From NCBI RefSeq assembly GCF_001194135.2, contig NC_068990.1, positions 70,972,202-71,036,201 on the forward strand: DNA of 64,000 bases, written 5' to 3'. Below the pieces are notes generated by a model, which saw only the letters and a list, made by a program, of their open reading frames with translations, had not been told where the DNA came from and searched no databases. A program made the translations under genes and the position numbers. Position 1 is the first letter of the stretch. Each line of letters opens with the position of its first letter. Shown here piece after piece: positions 11,337 through 23,019 of the stretch. This DNA comes from Octopus bimaculoides. Its lineage: Eukaryota.

Positions 11337-12147
11337 NNNNNNNNNNNNNNNNNNNNNNNNNNNNNNNNNNNNNNNNNNNNNNNNNNNNNNNNNNNNNNNN
11401 NNNNNNNNNNNNNNNNNNNNNNNNNNNNNNNNNNNNNNNNNNNNNNNNNNNNNNNNNNNNNNNNNNNNNNNNNNNNNNNNNNNNNNNNNNNNNNNNNNNN
11501 NNNNNNNNNNNNNNNNNNNNNNNNNNNNNNNNNNNNNNNNNNNNNNNNNNNNNNNNNNNNNNNNNNNNNNNNNNNNNNNNNNNNNNNNNNNNNNNNNNNN
11601 NNNNNNNNNNNNNNNNNNNNNNNNNNNNNNNNNNNNNNNNNNNNNNNNNNNNNNNNNNNNNNNNNNNNNNNNNNNNNNNNNNNNNNNNNNNNNNNNNNNN
11701 NNNNNNNNNNNNNNNNNNNNNNNNNNNNNNNNNNNNNNNNNNNNNNNNNNNNNNNNNNNNNNNNNNNNNNNNNNNNNNNNNNNNNNNNNNNNNNNNNNNN
11801 NNNNNNNNNNNNNNNNNNNNNNNNNNNNNNNNNNNNNNNNNNNNNNNNNNNNNNNNNNNNNNNNNNNNNNNNNNNNNNNNNNNNNNNNNNNNNNNNNNNN
11901 NNNNNNNNNNNNNNNNNNNNNNNNNNNNNNNNNNNNNNNNNNNNNNNNNNNNNNNNNNNNNNNNNNNNNNNNNNNNNNNNNNNNNNNNNNNNNNNNNNNN
12001 NNNNNNNNNNNNNNNNNNNNNNNNNNNNNNNNNNNNNNNNNNNNNNNNNNNNNNNNNNNNNNNNNNNNNNNNNNNNNNNNNNNNNNNNNNNNNNNNNNNN
12101 NNNNNNNNNNNNNNNNNNNNNNNNNNNNNNNNNNNNNNNNNNNNNNN

Positions 12148-12183
<36 letters not shown>

Positions 12184-12219
12184 TGTGTGTGTGTATGTAT
12201 GTATATGTATGTATGTATG

Positions 12220-12540
12220 CATGGTTCAGTGGTTATAGCTTTGAGCTTACAATTGTGAGGTTGTGAGTTCGATTCCCAGGTCAGGCTGCATGTTGTGTTC
12301 TTGAGCAAGACACTTTATTTCATTTTGCTCCTCCAGTTCACTCAGCCATAGAAATGAGTTGCAAGCTGTATTGGCCTCTGCCTTTCTCTTGGATAACATC
12401 GGTGGCATGGAGAGGGGAGGCTGGTATGCATAGGTGACTGCTGGTCTTCCATAAACAATCTTGTCCGGACTTGTGCCTTGGAGGGTAACTTTCTAGGTGT
12501 CGTCCCATGGTCATTTATGACCAAAGGAGTCACCTCTATA
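12220..12540 (+). mobile_element. tRNA-derived SINE, family C
   Basis: A-box tggttcagtggtta, B-box gttcgattcc, then tgttcttgagcaagacac; partial relative at about 60895-61030. Confidence 0.7.
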
Positions 12541-12782
12541 TGTGCATACACACACACACATATTGTTAATTCCTGAAAAGTTTTGTGCTTTAATCCAAAA
12601 TGGAGGCAAACACCATTCCTCCATGTATATGGCTTGAAAAATTGTTAGGATATTAGGATATTAACATGAAATCAATGATACCCTAATACACAAATAAAGA
12701 AATTTTATCCACCAATGCAGTGTTGAACATTCATCCTTACTATTTGACATTTATGTATAGGTGTATATATATATATATATAT

Positions 12783-13240
12783 TGTGCGTGAGAAGACCCG
12801 GCAAGCCAAGTAAGATCATTGCCAGTGCCCCTGGACTGGCTCTTGTGCGGGTGGCACATGAGATGCACCATTTTGAGCGTGGCCGTTGCCAGTACCGCCT
12901 GACTGGCTCCCGTAGGATTTTCGAGTGAGATCGTTGCCAGTGCCCCTGGACTGGCTTGTGCGGGTGGCACATAAANNNNNNNNNNNNNNNNNNNNNNNNN
13001 NNNNNNNNNNNCACATAAAAGACACCATTTCGAGCGTGGCCGTTTTCGTGCGGGTGACACGTAAAAGCACCCACTACACTCTCTGAGTGGTTGGCGTTAG
13101 GAAGGGCATCCAGCTGTAGAAACTCTGCCAAATTAGATTGGAGCCTGGTGTTGCCATCCGGTTTCACCAGTCCTCAGTCAAATCGTCCAACCCATGCTAG
13201 CATGGAAAGCGGACGTTAAACGATGATGATGATGATGATA
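12783..13240 (+). mobile_element. Young RTE LINE 3' UTR with internal tandem units
   Basis: gagaagacccggcaagccaag start, repeated gccagtgcccctggactggc units, ggacgttaaacgatgatgat tail. Confidence 0.9.
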
Positions 13241-13262
13241 CGCATGCACACACCCAGAACTA

Positions 13263-14677
13263 CACTAATAGCTTAGGGTTCCTCGGTTTAATTGTTATGT
13301 TTTCATTATTCTGTGTAATGTCCTTTCTTTTTTATTTCAGATTCTTCAGTTTTTGGATGAACCACACTAATAGATCATCAAGACATTTTCTTTTCAGAAA
13401 ATGAAGGGTAATGATACATATCAAGCATACATTAAGTATATATTTAACAGAAAACCATAATAATATAACATTTTTTGACATAATGAATTATTTAGTCACA
13501 TGAGTGCCATTTCAATGGATAACTTCAAAAACCCTATTAGTCATGGAATCTGCCAATTTCTTAATAGTAGCCGGTTGGACTGCCTCTGCTGCAGCTTTTA
13601 TGTTCATCCATAAGACATCTTACGATGTAAATTGGCATCCATTGGTATAAACATCTTGTTTAATTAATGATGGACCAAAGATTTTTCATAGGGTTGAGAT
13701 CCAGAGATCCTGGTAGCTACACCATCAACCTTTCATCTTGTATGCCATATGACCCTAGCAATGTTTGGGCGGATGTTTGGGCGGTCTTAGCAGACTGGAA
13801 GGGAGTGTCGTCATGCATGAGTATGAGATTCCTAGCCAGGGATCAAAGACCTCCTTCAGAATATTGCAGTAGATGGTTGTGGTCACTTTAACCCCTTCAG
13901 GCACCCTGACTGGGCCAACAAGTCTATCCCCAATGATACCAGTCCACAACATGACTCCATCACTCTGTTGTTGATGTCATAAACATTGGTGATGCTCATC
14001 TCCACAACAGACCCAACCACTTGCCCAACCGTCAGGTCTGTCAAGGGTCACTCTGATTTCATCAGTGAACAGACCACAACTCATGTCTAATGTCATGTAC
14101 TTTTGGGCCCATTGAAGCCTCAAACTCTTGTGACAGGGTGTTAAAGGAGGCAGTTTCATGGGTTTCTCAGGGTCCTGAGGATGCGCTTTCTGGTAGTTTT
14201 CAGAACATGAAGAAGTCTGGAGGTGGTGAAAATGGCTTTGCTTGTTTGTCCAGATTTCCCATATAACTTGCAGCCAATATTCCTTAAATCCCTAGCTGTC
14301 ACAGTCTTGGAGGTCACACAATCGAATCATTTCTTCCTTGGTCCTTCAGGAATCATCAAACCATGTCGACATGATGACCTAATTTCTCCACAATGATATG
14401 AAGAGAGGTGCCTTTAGTCCTTTCCTTGATGATGACAGACTTTTCTTCATCATTAAGGCTTCTCCCACATCCCATTGTTCTTAGAGAGTAGAGAGGCTAT
14501 TAATGTGGTTCACCCAAAAACTGAAGAATCTGAAATAAAAAAGAAGGAACATTACACAGAATAATGAAAACATAACAATGGTGTTGCCATAGTGTGCAAA
14601 TCAGCTGGGAAAAGTTTTATCAAAATCGATTCTCAGAAAACCAAGAGTTCCTAAATTTTACTCCTAAGCTATTAGCA
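13263..14677 (-). mobile_element. Full-span Tc1-like element with long TIRs and dead transposase (ATG 14475, stop about 13488)
   Basis: Inverted repeats 13291-13373 and 14497-14579 plus outer ctaatagcttagg ends; FTDE, FMHDD and SLDLNP motifs; TA at 13261-13262. Confidence 0.9.
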
Positions 14678-14685
14678 TGATCCTG

Positions 14686-14719
<34 letters not shown>

Positions 14720-14731
14720 AACATACATACT

Positions 14732-14770
<39 letters not shown>

Positions 14771-14971
14771 ATGTGTGAGTGTGTATGTGGTGGTGTATGT
14801 GTTTACCCCAGAAAGACTCTGAAGCATTGCATCCTTGAGAGAAACAAATTTAGTTTTCAAAGTCTATGTCCCAAAGAAAAAGTTGTCCATAAATTATAAT
14901 AGAAAACATATAATTTGCTACAAGAAATAACAACTTTTATCTTTCACCACCAATATATCTCTCTATATATA

Positions 14972-15593
14972 TCAGGTCATCCCATAAGTTCTGTCCGACT
15001 TTACCTTTTTAAAAATTGAATGAAATTTAATAGCATTTTAGAATGTCTAATGGAATTAATTATCTTTATGCATTTGTGTATATTTAAACTAATTAAATAT
15101 TATTTTACACAATAATAGAATTCAAATTTTAATTTGATTAAAACCCTTTCTAACATGAAAGTATCCAAAGAGCATTTAAGGTACATAATACTTTATGAGT
15201 ACAAAAAAGGAAACTCAGCGGCCGAAGTGACTCAAAACATACACTCAGTTTATGGGAAAGAATGCTTGAATGAAAGAACTTGCAGAAGATAGTTTGCAAA
15301 ATTCAGAAGTGAAGATTTCAGCCTTGAAGATGAAGATTGAACAGGACGTCCAGTTCAGTTTGATGATAAGCTCCTTGAGGCATTACTTAAAGAAAATCCT
15401 GCATTATCAGTTGAAGAATTGGAAATAAAGCTTAGTTCAAACCATACAACTTAGAAAGTTTCCTAAACTTGGAAAATGAGTGCCTCATGAATTGTCCGAA
15501 AGCAACCGCAAATACTGAATTGACACCTGCTCTTCTCTCCATTCTCGCTAACTCATTTCACCATTTTTGGATAGACTTGTGACTGGTGATGAA
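14972..15593 (+). mobile_element. Mariner element, 5' half (rest in gap)
   Basis: TA then TIR-like tcaggtcatcccataag; ATG 15155 MKVSKEHLRYIILYEYKKG..SLEDED..VPHELS..FLDRLVTGDE with stops. Confidence 0.85.
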
Positions 15594-16035
15594 NNNNNNN
15601 NNNNNNNNNNNNNNNNNNNNNNNNNNNNNNNNNNNNNNNNNNNNNNNNNNNNNNNNNNNNNNNNNNNNNNNNNNNNNNNNNNNNNNNNNNNNNNNNNNNN
15701 NNNNNNNNNNNNNNNNNNNNNNNNNNNNNNNNNNNNNNNNNNNNNNNNNNNNNNNNNNNNNNNNNNNNNNNNNNNNNNNNNNNNNNNNNNNNNNNNNNNN
15801 NNNNNNNNNNNNNNNNNNNNNNNNNNNNNNNNNNNNNNNNNNNNNNNNNNNNNNNNNNNNNNNNNNNNNNNNNNNNNNNNNNNNNNNNNNNNNNNNNNNN
15901 NNNNNNNNNNNNNNNNNNNNNNNNNNNNNNNNNNNNNNNNNNNNNNNNNNNNNNNNNNNNNNNNNNNNNNNNNNNNNNNNNNNNNNNNNNNNNNNNNNNN
16001 NNNNNNNNNNNNNNNNNNNNNNNNNNNNNNNNNNN

Positions 16036-16076
<41 letters not shown>

Positions 16077-16329
16077 TATATATATATACATATATGCATA
16101 TGTACAAAATATGTACAACAAAAAATTACGAAATATGAGTACATGGAATTTGAACTATTTTTTCGAACAACGAAAGGCAGATATGGAAAACAAGACAAAC
16201 AACGACTCTTCATCAGTTGTTGGGTGTTTTTCTACTCTCATATTTTGAGCGTTTAACAGCAATATACACTTTCGATAAAACAGTTACTCCTGCAAAGCAA
16301 ATTAAATAAAATTTGGGGTTTTGTGGAAG

Positions 16330-17367
16330 GTCAAAGCTGGTAACACAAACAGAACAGTGAAAACAAACAGGAAGGGCTGCTAAGCTTGAACAAGGTTGTG
16401 GTGGCAGACGTGTAAATCAAGCTTGGACAGGAGACAGACAAGAACACATCTTCCTTGATCCAACTACAACAGAGAGAAAGAAAGAAATACAAGTTGGGAG
16501 AAGAAGGCATGTGGGACAGTTTCACTGTCCCACCCGCACCTCGGGCATGTTGGTGGGACAGTATACCATGTCTCAACAGCCTCTCTTGAACAGGTAAGAT
16601 AGATCAGTAAAAAAACCAGGCCAGGGATTTCTGGTGATTATCCAGATACCCCAGCCCAAAAGTCCTTCCGAACAGGTTGATCAACTGATTTTCATTGAAG
16701 TCCAGAGTCTCCCCTAGGGCATCATCTGGCATATACTCTACCAGCCCGGTATAGAAATCCACAGTGGAACTCCTGCTGCCAGTATTGCCCACCCAGGAGA
16801 GTAGCATGAGTGCCTGTCAGCACTCTTTCTGCCATTCACCCAGCTTGGGCCTACGCTTGATCCAAGGACCTAAATCCCAAAATGAGGTCAGTTGAGGCAG
16901 AAAAATCTTCACAAGCGGTGGCCACACCTGCTCCCATCCAGGTAAAGCCAGAGGTGCTAAGCTTTAGCACAAATTTGCACATTTTCAGCCACGGCATCCC
17001 TAGGCCACTCTTTAACGGTTTTTAGCAGCAGATAGAATGCCTCACAAGTGGAAGAGGAGTCGCTCTAACTTGTTCTGCCACAAACCAGGGCAAGGCATGA
17101 TGGTCAGGCAGTAGTTGATAACAGATGCTATGAACATCTGCACCACCTCTGCCCTTCTTAACAGTGATAATGCCTTTCCAGACCAGATTTGGGTTAGGGC
17201 ACTCCACTTATTCTCTATCTGGAGTTCTGGACCAAACCAGACCCCTAGCATCTTAACCGGACTTTCCATCCAATGCCCCATGACATTATTGAACTTGCCC
17301 CTCCAGGTGCCGAGTTGCAAGCCGACTGACTTGTCTTGGTTAATTTTTGCTCCTGCCAGCACTTTGT
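16330..17367 (-). mobile_element. Tx1/L1-clade LINE ORF2 C-terminal remnant
   Basis: AGAKINQDKSVGL, VKMLGVWFGP, LERLLFHL, and zinc knuckle PTCPRCGWDSETVPHAF. Confidence 0.8.
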
Positions 17368-17387
17368 ATATATATCTAGATATATAC

Positions 17388-17950
17388 ATGATTTAAAATT
17401 ACAGAATAATAATTGTACATTATCTTGGTCTATTATAGATGAGGCCACACCATACAATATGATTATGGGCAGATGTAGAATGTGCATAAAAGAATCATAC
17501 ATTATCCTTCGCATGTATACTTTCACTGGTTCAAATAAGTTTTGTGACACTATTTATTTGTGCAACCATAGATACTACTTGACTTTCTTGAGACGATTTA
17601 AATCTGAATCCACTTAGCAATAACCCTAGTAATTTCTGTTGCACAACTAAACATCCTACCATTATAACAATATATCGCCAATACAAATATAAATTTTAAG
17701 AAATATACAAATATAATTTTACTCCCATCAGCCCTCATAAAGACTCTGTTATTTGCATAGCTATATCCGTTCTTCTATAAAAGCAGCCAATAATCTCATA
17801 CCTTCATAAAGAACTGAACGCATATCTAGCATAAACAACACTTTTTTCCTGATGAAGGAGACATTCTTTGAAAATAAATCTTAGGATTCATTTGTTATTT
17901 GGATGAATGAACTCCAGAAACTATCGTTGGAATACTTTATTTCCTTGTAA
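17388..17950 (+). mobile_element. Penelope-like element 3' end (GIY-YIG tail and pseudo-LTR)
   Basis: LKLQNNNCTLSWSIIDEATPY...CRMCIKESYIIL..CNHRYYL fits the Penelope endonuclease C-terminus; downstream hammerhead motif. Confidence 0.7.
17842..17934 (+). ncRNA. Minimal type-I hammerhead ribozyme (degenerate) in the Penelope-like UTR
   Basis: ttttttc CTGATGA aggag..ctcca GAAA c tatc g T T ggaata; stem I tttc/ggaa, stem II ggag/ctcc, 2-bp stem III. Confidence 0.55.
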
Positions 17951-18098
17951 CATTTAACTCAAAACTCTTTTTAATTTAAAAAAAATGGTTTTTATCTATA
18001 TTCCATTATTATCTTAATCTATATTCTATTTAAGTCAGCTAACATTTTTTCAACTACAACTTTAGTCTTTATGCTCTCCAACACCATTGACTACTCAC

Positions 18099-18116
18099 CA
18101 ATGCATGAAGCTATTT
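18099..18116 (-). other. Candidate 18-nt micro-exon
   Basis: Minus strand ttttttatgtctcctttttttcAG-aaatagcttcatgcattg-GTGAGT. Confidence 0.2.
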
Positions 18117-18502
18117 CTGAAAAAAAGGAGACATAAAAAAAATCCTCATATTTATCCCAAACATTCTGTATGTGTTTGTGTGTGTGTGTGTAATTTGCAT
18201 CCACACCCTCCTTTAGACATGTTAGAGTAAAAGCAGTCGTTGTTTTTATGTTCCAACAGGAAGACATTACAGAAACGATGTTTTAAACTGTTCCAGCCTA
18301 ACCAGTTAGTTGTTGCCAAGTATTTAATCAATTTGATGCAGAAACTGCATATAAAATGAAATAAAAACAAATAGGATATGAATTGTTTAAGTATCGAAAT
18401 AAGTCAGACACAAACCATATTGTCTGTGTTAGATATAGATGTTCAGTAGATACTAGAAGTAGGTGTCTTGTGACTAATTTTTGTTTTGATGCAGAGAATT
18501 AA

Positions 18503-18706
18503 CCCTTTTGTTACCATAGTTCTATTGAAATTACTTTTTTTTTTTAAATTAATGAAGAATTTAATTAGATAACTTTGTCATTAGCAAACTAGTGCTTGAG
18601 GTATGGTATGAAATTTTCATGGAAAGTTTTAACTGAGATGACTTTAAAACAGGAAGTTTTTATCATAAAACCAGAGACAATATCAATGAAGCTGGTATCA
18701 AATTGA
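18503..18706. mobile_element. piggyBac-type MITE remnant
   Basis: TTAA on both sides (18499-18502, 18707-18710); left end cccttttgttacc partly mirrored by right end ggtatcaaattga. Confidence 0.5.
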
Positions 18707-19290
18707 TTAAACAACTAAGACATTTTAAATATTATTATAGAGTTTTACATCAAACTAGGGTGGACAGATTCATGTTTTGTCTGTTATATTGTTGTGTGTG
18801 AGTTTTAAACCATTTCTAGAACTAAAATGTGTAGAAATGTGCAAAATGGTTCAGCATTGGTTGCAACAATGAGATTTCACTTGTTTGCTCAACTGATTCA
18901 TTTGTTCATTGGATTAGCTAAATGTTCTATGGATCCATGTACACTTAACCTTTTTTTTTAGACAGAATCAGTGTATGACAAAGCCATACCTTTGAATTAT
19001 ATTTACAATCAATCTAATGAGCTTTGATATAGTTTTCATCAACCTACTTTCACTCACAAGGTTTTCTTTGACCCAGGTAAAAACACTTGCCAAAGATGCT
19101 ACTCAGGGGGATTAAACCCCCAATCTCATGATTGCAAAATGAACTTTTTGGCTATTTGCCTATATTGCATCCATTCTAAGGAATGAACCTCTGAGGTAAA
19201 ACAGGAAAAGACCTTGCTTCTAAGTCATCATATAAAATAGTTGACAAGGAGGACACAGAACTCTCCAATAATATATTTATTCATTCTCAA

Positions 19291-19350
19291 CATCATCATC
19301 ATCATCATCATCGTTTAACGTCCGCTTTCCATGCTAGCATGGGTTGGACC
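19291..19350 (-). mobile_element. Very short RTE tail insertion
   Basis: (cat)n cgtttaacgtccgctttccatgctagcatgggttggac is the exact reverse complement of the young RTE terminus. Confidence 0.85.
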
Positions 19351-19477
19351 TGACAAATTAAAATGGTAAATATCTGATTGCTGACATCTTTATTTTTTGT
19401 CATCAGGTAGCATCTTCTCCCTTTAGACAATGTGTGTTCATAATATATGTGATTCACCACTGTTTGAGGAGTTTTGA

Positions 19478-19709
19478 GACACTAGTGCTTCAGCCATATT
19501 GTGTGTCTCCTCAGTCAAAAGCTATCCCCAAATCAATGAACCAGATGAGTCTAAGCTCTTGTTTAAAGGAATCAGCAAACAAATTCTTTGCTGAAGCAAA
19601 CTTGTTTGTTGATTTCTATAAAGAGACCTGTACTCTGGTTAGATTCATTGATCCAGTGGAGTACCTTTGACTGAGGAGACACACAATAAGGTTGAAACAC
19701 AGTGGTGTC
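19478..19709. mobile_element. ~230-bp foldback/MITE-like inverted repeat
   Basis: attgtgtgtctcctcagtcaaa mirrored by tttgactgaggagacacacaat; centre tttgc-tgaa-gcaaa. Confidence 0.75.
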
Positions 19710-20090
19710 CCAAATTTCCATTATAAAAGTGAATCACATGTTGTTTCAATAGACATCATCTAAAGGGAGGAGATGTTTTCAAATGATGAAAATAACAGCA
19801 ATCAAGTTATTCTTGTTTGAATCTGCCAGAACATATTGAGAATGAATAGATATGTTATCATATAAAATAGGGTATAGATTAAAGACAGTATTTGAGATAA
19901 GAAAATTTATGAGTTGCTGAATTACCTGGCATTGCATAGGTTACTGCTGTTCTTATTCAGATTAGTAAACAATAAATATGAAGATATACTTTTTTTATCA
20001 TCATCATTTCAAAATATCTATATTTTATTAAAAAAAATATTTAAAAATATCCAAATTGTAATGATAATAGAATTTAGAATTGAAAACCCG

Positions 20091-20680
20091 TCAATCTTGA
20101 AGCACCTCAGGGTAAACAATATTCATTGTGTAATTTTTTGTTGGTATTGAATTGAATAAACTGTTGCTGCTTCCAACTCATGAGCAACTATGGGAGAAGC
20201 ATGTAGTAGAGAGATGAAGTCCAACTACCTTGACGGATTGGCCCTGAGATCTGTTAATTGAAATACCAAAACTTAGTTTGACTGGAAACTGAAGCCTCTT
20301 AAATTCAAGTAGGACATCTGTAGGCATAAGAGGAAATTTTGGAAAAGTCATTTTTTTCTTTGTGACTACCTGTTATAATTGTTGCCTGTAGGACATGGAA
20401 ATAACAATTATGTGAGTTCCATTACACAGGCAAGGTGGGTCAAGATTCCTAAGCAACATAATGGGAGCATCCAGCTTTAGTGTCAAGTTATGCGGTGGCA
20501 TCCCAGTGGATTTAAGTGTGTTCAGAAATTCAACAGTGTATTGAACAGCCTAATTTTGATTGACTATTGTGTGAATTGATGGAAAAGTAATTTCTGATGT
20601 GTCTGTTAACTTTTGAAGTTCATGATTGAGCTTATCAACCACTTCATTAGTTGGAGTCAGTATAGCTCTTTCACATAGCT
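20091..20680 (-). mobile_element. Helitron PIF1-type helicase C-terminal remnant
   Basis: LCERAILTPTNEVVDKLN..VEFLNTLKSTGMPPHNLTLK.DAPIMLLRNLDPP.LCNGT..EFKRLQFPVKLSFGISINRSQGQS..CFSH..NIVYPEVL; not in the ORF track because of stops and frameshifts. Confidence 0.85.
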
Positions 20681-20779
20681 TACATCAGTGTAATTGACAA
20701 TCACACATACACTGACACAGACATACACTCTCACATACACTCACATGCATATAGTAAGACAGACATACATTTACACAAC

Positions 20780-21640
20780 AAATGTTCAAACACACACACA
20801 CTCACAGACACACACACACTCATACAAAATGCATCATCGTCGTCGTCGTGGTATAAAATGTCCTTTATTATGTCATTGTATGTAATGAACATGCAAACAC
20901 ACACACACACTCACAGACACATATACACTCATGTACAAAATGTGTGGTGGTTGTGGTGGTGGTGGCATAAAATGTCCTTTGCTACGTTGTACATAATGAA
21001 CACACAAACACACACACACACACTGAAAAACACATACACACTCATATACAAAATGTACACACTCATATACAAAAGGTGGCAAGCTGGCAGAAACATTAGC
21101 ATGCCGGGCGAAATGCTTAGCGGTATTTCGTCTGCCACTACGTTCTGAGTTCAAATTCCGCTGGGGTCGACTTTGCCTTTCATCCTTTCGGGGTCGATTA
21201 AGTAAGTACTAGTTGCGCACTGGGGTCGATATAATCGACTTAATCTATTTGTCTGTCCTTGTTTGTCCCTTCTGTGTGTAGCCCCTTGTGGGTAGTAAAG
21301 AAATGTGTCATCGTTGTTGTCATGGTATAAAATGTCCTTTACTATCTTGTACATAATGAATGAACAAACACACACACACACTCAGACACATACACACTCA
21401 TCTACAAAATGTATCATGGTGGTGGTGGTGGTATAAAATACCCTTTACTATGTTGTACATAACAAATGCGCAAATAGACACACACTGACAGACACATACA
21501 CACTCATATACAAAATATGTCATCGTCATCATGGTATAAAATGTCCTTTACTATGTTGTACATAAAAAATGTGCAAGCACACTCATATACAAAATGTGAT
21601 GTTGTCATCATCATTGTGGTATAAAATGTCCTTTACTTCA
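20780..21640. repeat. Minisatellite, about 6 units of 85-125 bp
   Basis: Recurring cactcatatacaaaatg..ggtataaaatgtcctttactatgttgtacat with variable (CA)n and (GTC/GTG)n. Confidence 0.85.
21074..21303 (+). mobile_element. Young tRNA-derived SINE, family B, inserted in the minisatellite
   Basis: ggtggcaagctggcagaaacattagc, B-box gttcaaattcc, gtcgactttgcctttcatcctttcggggtcga; splits a unit at tatacaaaa|tgtgtcatc. Confidence 0.9.
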
Positions 21641-22794
21641 GAAAAATCGTTTTTGAGAAAATATATTGTTTAAATCCAAATGAAAATAAAAATTACATGT
21701 TGACACTTGTTGGGTGTAGTACTATTACTTTGTAAAATTTGATTTGGTGGAGTCATTTGAGAATGCATAGGGAAGAAACAGACAGACAAAGAATTTTATA
21801 TAGAGAGAGATTTGGGGAATCAATATTTTAAGGGTTTACCAAATGAGTGAATAATGGTGTTATTTAAGTAAAATGGTTTTGAATGTAAGTAGAGGTTTAC
21901 TGTTGATTGAAGGAAACCTAGTATATTAGTGATATTAATTAAAAAAAAAATAGTGCAAAGGTATGAAATAGAAAATGGGTCAGACAAAGGAAATGTTTGT
22001 GAAACCTAACAACATTTGAGACTAAGAATAGATAATGAGCATTGCTACAATCATACAATATATATCGGCCCCAAGAATAAAAGTTACAGAAAAGTGTCAC
22101 AAGAAAAAAAATCATTCAAGTTCAATCAATTGTAGAGATTGACATGTCTGTAGAAGTTTTAGTTAGTTCTTTGTGTTGAATTAAAGATGATTGATGTACA
22201 CTTATGTGTAATGTTACTATCTAGAATATCAGTTTGTCTAACTCTCTAAACACCATTGCCTGGTATTGGATATTTATCTAGCTCCTCGAACAAAATTGTC
22301 TGGAAAAAGTATTTATCTAGCTCCCTAAACAGTTGTAAAAGCCCTAACTCTATTTAAAACTCTTGAGATCTGTGTATAGAAGATGAACATTCTCTCCTTA
22401 ATTTAATAGAGAATATAGAATTTAGGACAAGAAAGACAAGCTAAACATGCACAAGCGAAATTCTTCTATCATTTATGGTATTTATATGAAATGTGATATT
22501 TTCTCTGTAATTTATTTCATAACCAAAATTGTGACTTTTTTAAAAACTTTGACTTTATTTTCATTCCCAGACACATCAACTGCTGCTTTGTCAGGCATGA
22601 TTGATTCTGGGTCATAAAATTAAAAAATCATCACTGATAAGATCAGAAAATACTTGTTAAGACTCTTCCCTATCAAAAAAAAAAAAAAAAATCAGAAAAT
22701 TGAGAGCATATGACAAATCACACCAAATGTCTAAGAAAAGGAAAGGAAAAATAAACTGGCAGAACCAGATTCCTGTAAAATGAACGTTATAAAA

Positions 22795-23019
22795 TATTGG
22801 TTTCAAATTTTAGCACAAAGCCAGCAATTTTAGGGGAAGGGTAAGTCAATTACATTGGCCCACCCACTCAGTGTTCATGTGGTACGTTTTTCATTGACCC
22901 TGAAAGGATGAAAAGCAAAGTCGATCTCGGAGGAATTTGAGCTCAGGATGTAAAGGCAGACAAAATGCTGCTAAGCATTTTGCCCAGCATGCTAACAATT
23001 CTGTCAGCTCACTATCTTA
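22795..23019 (-). mobile_element. SINE family B
   Basis: Reverse-complement match to family B head and centre. Confidence 0.85.

Noticed and set aside
16150-16220. Minus-strand CTGATGA..GAAA
   Set aside because: Stem II and stem I do not pair
9255-16256. Long ORFs of 150-370 aa in the track (also 54500-55623 and 62718-63172)
   Set aside because: They run through N-gaps and microsatellites and are not real coding sequence
21074-21160. tRNA-like A and B boxes (also in other SINE heads)
   Set aside because: SINE promoters; no cloverleaf, so no tRNA gene is called
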